A program made the position numbers and the translations under genes. The notes below the pieces were generated by a model. It searched no databases and was not told the origin of the DNA. It saw only the letters and a list, made by a program, of their open reading frames with translations. Shown here in pieces: positions 37,052 through 48,835 of a DNA stretch of 64,000 bases. How positions within the stretch are numbered: position 1 is the stretch's first letter; each line of letters opens with the position of its first letter. The stretch is from Moniliella sp. 'wahieum' (taxonomy: Eukaryota): NCBI GenBank assembly GCA_003971905.1, contig RSEE01000001.1, positions 620,001 through 684,000 on the forward strand, read 5' to 3'.

Positions 37052-40000
37052 ATGGGATCGGTGCAGCCCGTCGCTGGCGGCTACGGCAGTGGCGCCTTCG
37101 CCCAGGTTGGGCCCGACGCTGACCTCCTCCCCCCCCACCATGGCCTAGCTTCCTTTGATGGCTCTGACAGCCTCGACGGCAACACAGGCACCGGCCATGT
37201 TGCTGCCTCCATCGACCCCAAGAGCCGCGGAAGCTATGCTCCTAGCGGATATAGCGTGCCTTACACCCAGTACGACACCGCTGCCACCGCTGCTCCTGCC
37301 TTCCGCCAGCGCGAACCTTACCCGGCATGGACGGTCGAGCACAACATCCCTCTCTCCAAGGAGGAGATTGAGGACATTTTCATTGACCTGACCGCCAAGT
37401 TCGGTTTTCAGAAGGACTCTATGCGCAACATGTACGACCACCTGATGATCATGCTTGACAGTCGCGCTAGCCGCATGAGCCCTACTGTCGCACTCGCCAC
37501 TATCCACGCCGACTTCATTGGCGGCGAAAACAGCAATTACCGCAAATGGTACTTCGCCGCCCAGCTCGACCTAGACGATGCCATTGGAAAGGCCCAAAAC
37601 TTGGGGCTGAGCCGGGCAACGTCCCTTCGCCGTGGCCCATCCGCTGCAGGTACCAAGGGAGCATATGGCAAGAAGCAGAGCCGTTCATCGGTGCTTCTGA
37701 GCGCAAGCACCAAGTCGCTCGAGAGTGCAGCTACTCGCTGGCGTGACGCGATGAATCGGATGAACGATTACGATCGGATGCGCCAGATTGCCCTCTGGTT
37801 GCTCTGTTGGGGTGAGGCGGGGCAGGTGCGGCTGACTCCCGAATGCCTGTGTTTCATTTTCAAGTGTGCCGACGACTATTACCGCTCGCCCGAGTGCCAG
37901 AACCGGATGGACCCAGTTCCTGAGGGCCTGTACCTCCGTGCGGTTATCAAGCCCTTGTACCGGTTTATGCGCGACCAGATCTTTGAGGTTGTCGACGGCA
38001 AGTTCATCAAACGTGAACGCGACCACGACAAAATTATCGGCTACGACGATGTCAACCAGCTCTTTTGGTACCCTCAGGGCATCTCTCGCATCATCCTCCA
38101 GGACGGCACCCGTCTTGTCGACGTGCCCACTTCCCACGGTTCATGAAGTTTGACAAGATTAACTGGTCTAAAGTGTTCTTGAAGACATACAAAGAGAAGC
38201 GCTCTCTGCTCCATCTTCTGGTCAACTTTAACCGCATCTGGATTCTCCACATTTCAGCCTTCTGGTACTTCACAGCGTACGTCTCCCTCGACCTCTTTGT
38301 TACTCTTTCTGACTCTTTCCGCTTCCAGCCCTAACGCACCCAAGATTTACACTGAGCAAGCACCAACAATCCAGCAGAAGCTATCGGCTGCAGCGCTCGG
38401 TGGCTCTGTTTCATCGTTCATTATGATCTGCAGTACGCTTGCGGAAGCCTCCTTCCTCAACGCTACATGGCATAACTATATGCTGCTTGTTCGCCGTTTG
38501 ATTTTCCTCGGCGTTGCTCTGGGACTGTCCATGTGCCCTGCGATCTACGTGTTTGGCTGGAACCCTCACGGATCTGCGCCCGAAATTGTGGCGTATGTCG
38601 GCATCGCCTTTTCGGCCTGTGTGACGGTATTCCTCGGAGTAGTGCCGAGTGGGCGTATGTTTGGTGACCGGGTCGGTGGGCGATCTCGCAAGTACCTCGC
38701 AGCCAGACATTCACTGCTTCTTACCCTAGCCTACCCTGGACCCGGCGGACGATCAGCATTTTGCTCTGGGTGCTTGTGTTTGGATGTAAGTTGACCGAGT
38801 CTACTTCTTCCTCACGCTCTCCTTTAGAGACCCGCTGGCCATCATGGTGCACATGACGGTACAGAACTGCGATGACAAATACTTCGGCCACAACCTCTGT
38901 AAGAACCAGCCTGCATTCACCTTGGCTGCTATGTTCGTGCTCGATCTTTGCCTCTTCTTCCTCGATTCGTATCTTTGGTACGTGATCTGGAGCACCACGT
39001 TCAGCATTGGCTGGGCCTTCCGCTCGGGTATCTCGATCTGGACTCCTTGGAGCGACATGTTCCAGCGCTGCCTAAGCGCATCTACGCCAAGCTTCTCGCC
39101 ACGGCCGACATGGAAGTCAAATATAAGCCTAAGGTGCTCGTCTCTCAGGTGTGGAACGCAATCATTATTTCTATGTACCGCGAGCACTTGTTGTCCATCG
39201 ACCATGTCCAGAACCTGCTTTACCACCAGGTCGCATCGGCCGATGGTACCAAGCGCATCCTCCGTGCCCCGACCTTTTTCACCAGCCAGGGCAAGTCCGG
39301 GCGCAAGCCAGAGTTCTTCCCACGTGGCTCGGAGGCCGAGCGGCGTATCAGCTTTTTTGCGCAGTCCTTGACGCTTGACCTGCCTGAGCCGTTGCCGATT
39401 GATGCGATGCCTACCTTCACTGTGTTGACCCGCACTACTCGGAGAAGATTCTTCTTTCGCTTCGGGAAATCATTCGGGAGGAAGACCAGAACACGCGAGT
39501 AACTTTGCTTGAGTATCTGAAGCAGCTCCACCCCATTGAGTGGGACAACTTTGTCAAAGATACCAAGATCCTTGCAGAGGAGACTCAAGGCTATTCTACC
39601 TCCCCCTTCCCGAGGATGAGAAATCGAGTAAGAACTCCAAGACGGACGACCTGCCGTTCTACTGCGTTGGGTTCAAGAGTGCTGCCCGAGTATACGCTGC
39701 GCACCCGTATTTGGGCGTCACTTCGTGCCCAAACACTTTACCGCACCGTCTCGGGCTTTATGAACTATGCCAAGGCGATTAAGCTTCTGTATCGCGTCGA
39801 GAACCCGAAGTGGTGCAGCTCTTGGAGGCAACACCGAGAAGCTGGAGCGCGAGCTGGAGCGGATGAGCCGGCGGAAGTTCAAATACGTTATCTCGATGCA
39901 ACGTTACTCCAAGTTAACAAGGAAGAGCACGAAAACGCCGAGTTCCTTCTCCGTGCCTACCCCGACTTGCAGATCGCGTTCTGGATGAGGAGGCGCCGCG

Positions 40001-42432
40001 CAAAGATGGCGGCGAGTCTCGTTGGTTCTGTTTTGGTTGATGGACACTCGGAGATCCTGCCCAACGGGAAGCGTCGCGCTAAGTTCCGTGTTGAGTTGCC
40101 CGGCAACCCAATCCTTGGAGACGGTAAATCGACAACCAGAACATGCATCATCTTCCTCCGTGGCGAGTTTGTTCAGTGATTGACGCGAACCAAGACAACT
40201 ACCTGGAGGAGTTGCTTAAGATTCGCTCAGTGCTGGGTGAGTTCGAAGCCATTCAATGTTTCTCATGCCAACCGTATGGAAAGAACCAGGAACACGCCCA
40301 TGCGCTGTTGCAATGTCGGCGCACGTGAATAGTGTTTCGGAGAACATTGGTATCCTCGGTGACAACGCGGCTGGCAAAGAACAGACGTTCGGTACCCTCA
40401 CTGGACGTGGGTTAGCCAATATTGGCGGCAAGCTCCACTACGGTCACCCTGATTTCCTCAATACGATCTTCATGACGACACGTGGTGGTGTGTCGAAAGC
40501 CCAGAAGGGACTTCACCTTAATGAGGACATTTACGCTGGTATAATGGCGTTCAACCGTGGAGGGCGGATCAAACATTGCGAGTACTACCAGTGCGGCAAG
40601 GGCCGTGATCTTGGGTTGGTACCATTCTCAACTTCACCACCAAACTGGGTAACGGAATGGGCGAGCAGCTCCTGTCGCGCGAGTACTACTACATGGGCAC
40701 GCAACTGCCTATGGACCGTTTCCTCACGTTCTACTATGGCCACCCTGGTTTCCAACTGAACAACGTGATTGTGATCATGTCGGTCCAACTTCATGTTGGT
40801 CTGCATGTTTGTCGGTACGCTCAACTCGTCCTTGCGGGTGTGCAAGACGACAGAAAAACAACTACATCGTAGGAACCTCGGGCTGTTACTATCTTGACCC
40901 GGTCTTCTCCTGGCTCAAGCGAACGGTCATCTCTATCTTCTCGTTTTTGCCATTGCCTTCCTGCCGCTGTTTATGCAAGAGTTGTGCGAGCGTGGTGCCC
41001 TCAGTGCCGTTTTCCGTTTGGCGCGCCAGATCCTGTCTCTCAGCCCGTTTCGAGGTATTCAGTACCATGATCTACGCCAACTCGCTCTTGTCCAACCTCA
41101 CCTTTGGCGGTGCGCGGTACATTGCCACCGGCCGTGGGTTCGCCACAACACGTCAAAGCTTGCGTTGCTGTTCAGTCGATTTGCTGGTCCTTCCATCTAT
41201 TCCGGCACACGGCTGGTGCTGCTCCTGCTACACCACCTTCACCGTCTGGTTCTACCACCTGATCTACTTCTGGATCACATGCGTTTCGCTCTGCGTTGCC
41301 CCTTCATCTTCAACCCCCATCAGTTCTCCATCTCCGACTTCCTGGTGGACTACCGTGAGTTCCTTCGCTGGATGTCGCGGCAACTCGCGCTCGCATGCCA
41401 ATTCTGGGTCGGGTATTGCCGCTTGAGTCGGACCAAGGTGACGGGATACAAGAAAGCGTCTTGGTCACCCCTCGGAAAAGTTGGCAGGTGATGTGCCCCG
41501 CGCTGGCTGGCGCACCATCATCTTTGTTGAATGCTTGGCGCCCATCGCGATGGCGGTAATCTTTGTGGTGGCTTATGCGTTTGTCAAATCCTTCCATCGC
41601 CCCACCGATCCGCCTTCAGGTGCGATCGTCCGGATTGCCATCATCTCCCTCGGCCCATTGCTCTCAACGCGGGGTTCTGCTCATCTCCTTTGTCATCTCC
41701 ATCTTCTTTGGTACGGCGCTAAGCAACTGTTGCGGTCGGTTTGGTTCGATCATGGCCACCATCGCCCATAGCATTGCTGTGCTGGGCATGATTGCCGCCT
41801 TTGAGTTCCTATGGGTGATTGAGCTGTGGAGCCCGTCGCATGCGCTGCTGGGATTGATTGCGGTGATTGCGATCCAGCGCGCTATCTTCAAAGTCCTCAT
41901 TGCCCTTGTTCTCTCTCGTGAAATGAAGCACGATGAGACGAATCGAGCGTGGTGGACGGGGAGGTGGTATGGGCGTGGGCTGGGGGCCCATGCCTTCTCC
42001 CAGCCGTTGCGTGAGTTTGTGGTCAAGATCATTGAGATGAGTTGCTTCTCGGCCGACTTCATCTTGTACGTCCTTTTCGTTAGCTCCCATTCTGTCGTGC
42101 CACTAACAGATGTTTCCGATAGGTGCCATGTCCTGCTCTTTGCTTTGGCCGTGCCGATGCTGGTTCCCTTTATTGACCGGTTGCACTCCATGATGCTCTT
42201 CTGGCTCCGTCCTGGCCGGCAGATGAACAAGCCCATCTTTTCCCTCCGCCAACGGAAACAACGTCGGTCTATCGTGCTGCGGTACGGCATCTTGTTCCTA
42301 GCGTGCTACGCGGGCTTTGTCCGCTCATTGCTGTACCTGTCACGTTCCCGCATTGGCTCACGTACCATTGCACCATTTGCAAGAACTTTTGATCCCGCTC
42401 GCGCCGGAGTCCCTGTGAACAACTACTCCTGA
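37052..42432 (+). CDS. FKS1: 1,3-beta-glucan synthase catalytic subunit
   Basis: [102 protein letters not shown]. Introns near 38277 and 42067; many frameshifts. Confidence 0.98.
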
Positions 42433-42928
42433 CCCCCCCCCCCCACACACACCTTCCTCTTCCCCTGCCCCCACACCCATTCTTTCTTTCGGTGTCATGT
42501 TTTCTGTCTTTTCCGTACCTCTCTTCTGGCTCCTATCCATGCCGGTTTTGTCCTGATTTGCGTGTTACCTAGGAGAGCATCGTGCATACGTTCGCTCCCA
42601 AGATGTAGTTTGGTACCAACGGCATGGATTATAATGGGAACTGCATAGCCAAGTAGCACAACTCGTCTAGAGACTGTCCTCCTTCCCAACCCGCTTGCGC
42701 CCTAGCACACTGCCGAGCTTGCCACTATTGTATAGACCAGGCCGCGTGGAGCATAGTATCGATGAGGGCCAGTCACATGGAGGGGCATAACGCCCACGAC
42801 GGATTTTGCTCATTTTTAGGAGTCGCTAGGCGACCAGAGGAGGAACCACGCACACCTTCCTCTCAATCAAGGGGTCAAACCCCAGCATATCGGGGATGAA
42901 AAGGACCCCATTCGATTCCCGCATTCGT

Positions 42929-43487
42929 TTACGCCGAGGCACGGGCAACGGCCGGGTTAACCTTCTTGCCGTCCTTGTTGAAGCGCACGCGGACCGGCGG
43001 GGCACGGTTGCGGCGGTCCACACGGGAGCGCACACGCACCGTCTTGGAATGGATCGCGCACGAGACGCAGTAGTGCACCTTGTTGTACAGTTTGGGCAGG
43101 GTGTACTCGGCGTACACCGAGGCCTCACTCATGTCCCGCACCGCCGCGGCCTCAACCACATTGCGCACAGTGAAGCGCTTGATCGCCTTGTCCTTCGGCA
43201 CGGCACGCGAGCAGTTCGAGCACCGGACAAAGTTTACGTGCCCGCGGCCATGCTTGTTGCGGCCCCCGTTGCGGCGCTTGGTCGTCACTGTCCATGGCAT
43301 GTTAGTCCAGTTCCCGTGCCAGTACTGCACACGCGGCCGGGTTCGAGCAAGTGCGTCGCCCGCTTCCCTGCGCGAAAACAGGCAGGCGAAAAGTAGCGCT
43401 TCTCCTCACGCCCCCTCTCCTGCCCCTTTCCTGACGCCTCTCCTGCTGCCCTCCTGCTGCCCCTTTCCCTTCCAGTAGCAACTTACT
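42929..43487 (-). CDS. RPS26: 40S ribosomal protein eS26; intron 43288-43486 splits the ATG
   Basis: [36 protein letters not shown]...[15 protein letters not shown]. Donor A|GTAAGT, branch point ACTAAC, acceptor CAG|TG. Confidence 0.97.
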
Positions 43488-44514
43488 CTTGGAGTCAGTA
43501 TTGGCGGATGTGCGGACGGAACGAGGCTGGTCCGGCGTAGCGAGCAAGCCGGTCAGCTGGCTCAGACCAACCCAGGCAAGACTGCCCCCAAGCTGCGTCT
43601 GGATGCCAACCCTAGCTCCTGGGCGCAATAAAATAGCTACCCCCGGCCAACCTCCAATTCCACCGTCATGCCCGCCCCAGCAGCCCTCCCCGATTCAATC
43701 GTATACATTCAGGTTGGCCAACAGAGGTCCCCACCGTTGGCACCCGCCAGTCCTTAAGCCGTTGGGGTTACCGTCGTTGTAAATCTCTCTCAACAGAAAG
43801 GCTGCCATATACATCGCGGCGAGGGGTGATGCGGTGAATCCAAAGCTGCCCCATAGAGTTTGCAGTCAGTTCATGATACAGTCAGCCTATTACCCTCTAT
43901 ACCGGCATATAGTTATCGGCATTCGACATGACGCCCCAGGCCCGCTTACAGGTAGAGGAAAGACAGGCAGCTGCTTGGTAGGTGTCTAGGGGACTCTTCT
44001 TCCGTTCTCTGCCTTTGGGGGCTGGGCACGACCTCTCGTATGCAGTCTTTTCTCGGCTACGGAGACTAGCCTACGGTAAACCGTTGACTACACCAGCATG
44101 GATCCAAGTCCCCTCTATCCCATAGCATGTAACACCTCTTCCCTCTTCATCTCTCGTTCACCCGGCTTAATATGCTCGATTCAATCCTAGTGGAATGCAT
44201 CGCTTAGTTACTGTAGGTTGCCACTACATGAATGCGGCTCAGCTGTCGCTTTTGTTCCTTCTTCTTCCGCGTCTCACTCTCCAGAGATCAATAAGAAGCT
44301 AGTATACAAGACATAGATCTATCGTTGCCAAAGTGTTGCGTTCTCTCTCGGACGCTTTCTCGGCTCGTTGTCAAAGAGATGTAGTACACTGTGTGGTATG
44401 TTCTGGATCATTAATATATTCAGGAAGTATCTGTATGTTGGACCAACTTTAGAGGAAAGGAATTGTACACTGGAAGCAAGAGCGGGGCAGCCCAACAATG
44501 GCGCAGATCATGCA

Positions 44515-46198
44515 TCATGAAGCATCGCCAAGCGGAATGAGCATGAGCAGAAGGTTGAGCCCGGCGCAAACGATGCCCGAGATCCAAAAGGGCCTCCCGA
44601 CGGTCTTGGTTTGAAAGCGCCAGATGAGGGTGTAAACGATGCCTCCTGCGTTACCCACAGCACCAACCATGCCGGACATAAGGCCGTTGGACCTGGAGGA
44701 AATATCGGGACAAGAGAGTAGTTGGCTCCATTAGCCATGAAGCCAAACAAGGCACAGAGAACCACAAGACCCATAACGTTTCCTTTGGTGTGGTCACCGT
44801 AGTCCATCAACAACCCAAGGCCGAGGGACATGAGCCCCTGCACCGTGGCGCACATCAATCAACCATTTTTTGGATTGCACGCCGAAGCGGCGATAGAGTA
44901 GGTCGCTGGAAAGTCCCCCAATGAAGCGGAAACAGATGTTGAGCAGGCCATAGGTGCAGGCGAGGTAGCCGGCATTAAGCTGCTTAAAATGTGGGCCTTT
45001 GTACAGAGCATAAAGACTGTTGGCCAAACCCGAGTCGACTGCCAATTCGAACCCAAACGTAGAGCCGTAAGACAGGCCAAGAGCCAGGTGCGGGGGTCCA
45101 TCAACACAGCGCCAAGAACGTTGAGGGAAAAGGGTTCATTGACAGCCACACTCACGGGGTTGACAAAGTGATTGAGGTCGGTTGAGTGCTTTTCCATATC
45201 GAACGGAGTCTTCTTTTCTTCAACGGGATCGTCAGCATGGTTTTGGTCGGGAGTGACAATGATTGTCTTGGCTGCTGCGGGGTGGAGTGGCGCATGCTCC
45301 ATTTGCCTAAAGGATGGTCCTTGGCGAAGAGCATCATCCCTAGTGCAGTCAGAAGTAAGAGGGGACAGGAAGAATGACAAGCAGATCCGCCAAGCAAGGT
45401 GAGCCTTGAGGCCGTCCTTAACCAATCTTTGGAAGATTGCTGTCTGGGTAGAACGTCACGCCTCCTCCCGCGTTGCCCCAGCCCCTGAGAGAGCACTGGC
45501 CCGCCCTACAATCGATGTATCGACAAATGCCGTCATCCAGGCCTGGCAGGGAACAAACGTTCCCCCAGAATTCCCACAAAGAACCGAAGGGTGTACAACG
45601 AACCCGCATTATTGACCAATGGAACCAAGCCTGATGGAATAGCGCCAATGAAGAGAAGACCAGCCATGACTTTGCGCGGACCAAAGTGATCCACCATCGG
45701 GCCGACAATGATGCGCACCACCAGTGTCGCGCTAACCCGACAATGTTGCTGTCAGAGATCTGCTCTGCAGTCAAATGCAGATCCCTTGATAGTCTCGGGA
45801 GTGAGAGGCGAAAACGCGAACCAAGAAAGGAACGCAACGAAAAACCCGAGCTGCAGCTACGTTCAGTATACTTGCAACAGTTTTGAACAAACGAAGAGAG
45901 GAAAAGGGATATATGGAGATGGACAAGGGAGAGCGGGGGGGAGAAAAGAACGTACAGTGGCGAACCAAAAGGCGATAGCATATGTGTCCCAAAAGCGGAG
46001 GAGGGGAATGGAGTAGGCCTTGTGGTTAAGAGGATTTACCTCGGGTTTTCTCCAAAGGGCCGAGACAGAAAGCTTTGGTTTGTACTCGCCACGCGCAATA
46101 GCCTTCTCGTCCTCGGTGCGGTAATCATCGTTGCGTAGCTGCGCACCAGGAGAAATGATGGGATCCATGGGCGCGCTGGGCTCGGATGGAGCAGCCAT
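44515..46198 (-). CDS. NRT2: High-affinity nitrate/nitrite transporter (NNP family, CrnA/Ynt1-like)
   Basis: PEVNPLNHKAYSIP, GFFVAFLSWFAF, RIIVGPMVDHFGPRKVMAGLL, GWGNAGGG nitrate signature, ANGANYSLVP, GMVGAVGNAGGI. Intron ~45860-45955. Confidence 0.93.
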
Positions 46199-46437
46199 GA
46201 GTGGGGTGGTAGGACGGAAAGGCAGAGGAGTCGACGAGAGGAGAAAGAGAGGAAGTGATGGGCGGTACTTGAGGCGCACGGAGATGGACTGTGTAATCTG
46301 TAGTGTTGGCACCGACAGTAGGCAGTGTAAGATATTAGTACAGCCACACTGCGTATACAGCGATCTTGAAGCTTGATCGGATGACCTTTACTTTCGTTGT
46401 TGAATGGGTGTGGTTTTCACCGCTCCAAGCGTTGGAG

Positions 46438-48353
46438 AGATAGGTGGGGCGCAGCGGTAAAAGTTATATGGCCACAGCGGAGCTGCTCTTGGCGATGGAG
46501 CGCATCGATCTGTTGGTTGGAGATTGCAAAGGGTAACTGATGAAACTGGTGCGTGAGGCGGTGTGTTGAGGCAGAAGGCCCGTTGGCGGAGACCCTGCAC
46601 GCCGGATTATTATGCTGTGACGATGTCACGCGTTATCGGGCTATCAACAAAGCTACATTCCGGCACTGGAAGGAGACACAGTGGTGGTGTGCGCCCGCTC
46701 GATAAGCGTGTGCGAAACATGTGCCGCTCAGCGTTCACTCCTGCCCCTGCCCAATAATGCCGAACTCCGTTCCTTATCCACGAACGACCCAGTGACCGGT
46801 GACTGGCGTGACACAGTGACATCTGACATGTGACGGGTGATTGGTGGTCGATGATGCATGCGTGACTGTGCCGTCTCAGACTTGTCGCGCACCCCCGTCT
46901 CTATTGCGTTGTTTGCAAAAAGGCACGTTCTCGGTATAGATGTCGGGCAACGGTCAGGCTCAGGCCGAAGGCCTAATCGATAATCTGGGTTTCGCTCTGC
47001 CTTGCCGGTGCCTTGCCAGGCCCTGCCTCATTTGTTTTGGACGCCATTACGAATCAACACGAAAAAGCTTCTTCTTTCCTCCTCATTTATTGCATTACAT
47101 CTCAGAGCATGTAATCTAATCAAACACCACAGCACCCATCCACCAAAAGGGCTTTGCTGCGTTCGGTGGGGGCAGGTGGGGGTGTACAAGGGCGTACACG
47201 GTATACGGTAAGGAGGAGATAAGGAAAACGAACGATCAATAGTATGGTTTGAGATGAGTGGCTTTTACAGGTAAGCGCTATTAAGCTTCAAGTTTTTGAA
47301 GCTTGCGAAGCCAGCACGGCATCATAGAAACTGCCATGGTAAAATGACAAAAAGATGTGGCCGGAGGCATCGTGACGGTCATTATAATCGACAGGGCGAT
47401 ACGACAACAAAGGCGAGGGACGAGAGAACTCAGAACCCCCGGGCGTCTGCTTCGTTTGCACCCACAATCTCTCGCCCAGCCATAAAAATTCACACAGTCG
47501 CAGTCCTATAAACGTCCAAAACGACATCTGAGCAAGGTCAGGGAACTTCGGTCCAACAACATCTCCGTCGTGGAAAGGGGCTCGTTTCTTGAAGCCACAG
47601 ATTGCCAAAAGACGAGACCACGCGTCTCTGCCCTGTGCCTCTGAAAAAGGCAATATACACGGCGCGAGCTTGTGAGATACACATTCTCAATCATCAATCA
47701 ACTTCCATAATGTGCACAATGACCTCTTCCTTTGACACTCTCCTGTGCGCGATAAGCAAGACATCAATGCTTCGTCCACCACAACACTGTGGGACCGGGG
47801 GGTGGGGTTGCAAAATCGCACGTTCGCATGGTAGAGAGGTGTCGAGTTTATTTGGGCCTCGCCACACCGAGAATAAGACCCGAAATGGTCCCGGCGGCTA
47901 CGCTCTACCAGTGCCAAGGCGCCGATCCCCATACTGCCTGCTGCATATAGCTACGTTGCACAACCCACAACGTCTGGCCCCACCCAGCGAAGTGCGGCTT
48001 GTGAGGCGGTCTGAGGGTCTGAGGATCTGAGGCATGAAAAGCTGCTGACCAATGCAGCCCAAAAACCCCGCCGTACTTCGAGACAGAACGGCAAAATAAA
48101 CGGACCCTGCCAGTATCTGCCAGTACTCAGCGCACTCCGCCCCTGCGCTACTACAGAGGGCACCATTTCTAATCGTGACCAGTTTTCCTTTGATGCGGCC
48201 GGCGGGTGCCCGTCACATGTCACACGTCACATTGCCACTGGTTTTAAATTCGGCACGCGATTGTGTGACAGAGACTGGTGGGGGATTGTTACTTGAAGCT
48301 TGATTAATGATTGATTGCCTTGGTCCAGCGGGTGGCGCGTTTATCGTTTATCT
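46438..48353. promoter_or_regulatory. Divergent NRT2/nitrite reductase promoter with candidate GATA-factor (AreA/Nit2) sites
   Basis: HGATAR at 46438, 46633, 46641, 46700, 46978, 47217, 47750, 48341 and 48348. The count is near chance expectation; support comes from local pairing of sites and known nitrogen regulation. Confidence 0.4.
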
Positions 48354-48835
48354 CCCGAGATCTGAGAGCCAGCGCCCTGCACGTCCTGAACTCCACAGGA
48401 ACCGCACTGTCAGCGTCAGTCGCAGCTCGCTACAGGCATCTCTGCTCTCACATCTCACATCTCACATCTCAAATTCCACCGGCAGCGCCAACCAGACCTG
48501 TCACCGAATCCTGCGATCAGTGCTCCCTCGGCCTTATTGAAACGCAGGTTACATCAAGCGAACGCCCCCTTGTCGCTGGTGTAAGAGTAGCCACCACACT
48601 GATATCATCCAAATGGGCGTATCCCCTGTGCCAATGCTGGCCAGTACACAGCATTTTCGGGCTCCTAACTTGGTGTGGCCGATGATCGTTCCATATCTCC
48701 GTCCAAGTGTTGGCTCGAATTACTAACACACGCGGTTATTTCTCCCACCGCAGCCCACCACCTGCCCCCTTTTCAGTACTTTGACCCCAGTTTCTCAACC
48801 TTCCCCCTCCTCCACCAACTGTACACCCCCAAGCG

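Noticed and set aside
37052..42432. FKS1 and other genes as pseudogenes or programmed frameshifts
   Set aside because: Frameshifts hit unrelated essential genes alike while motifs remain conserved; assembly error is simpler.
46200..48835. Nitrate reductase remnant or NirA sites in the NRT2-NiR gap
   Set aside because: I recognised no nitrate reductase motifs in the short ORFs and saw no canonical CTCCGHGG site.
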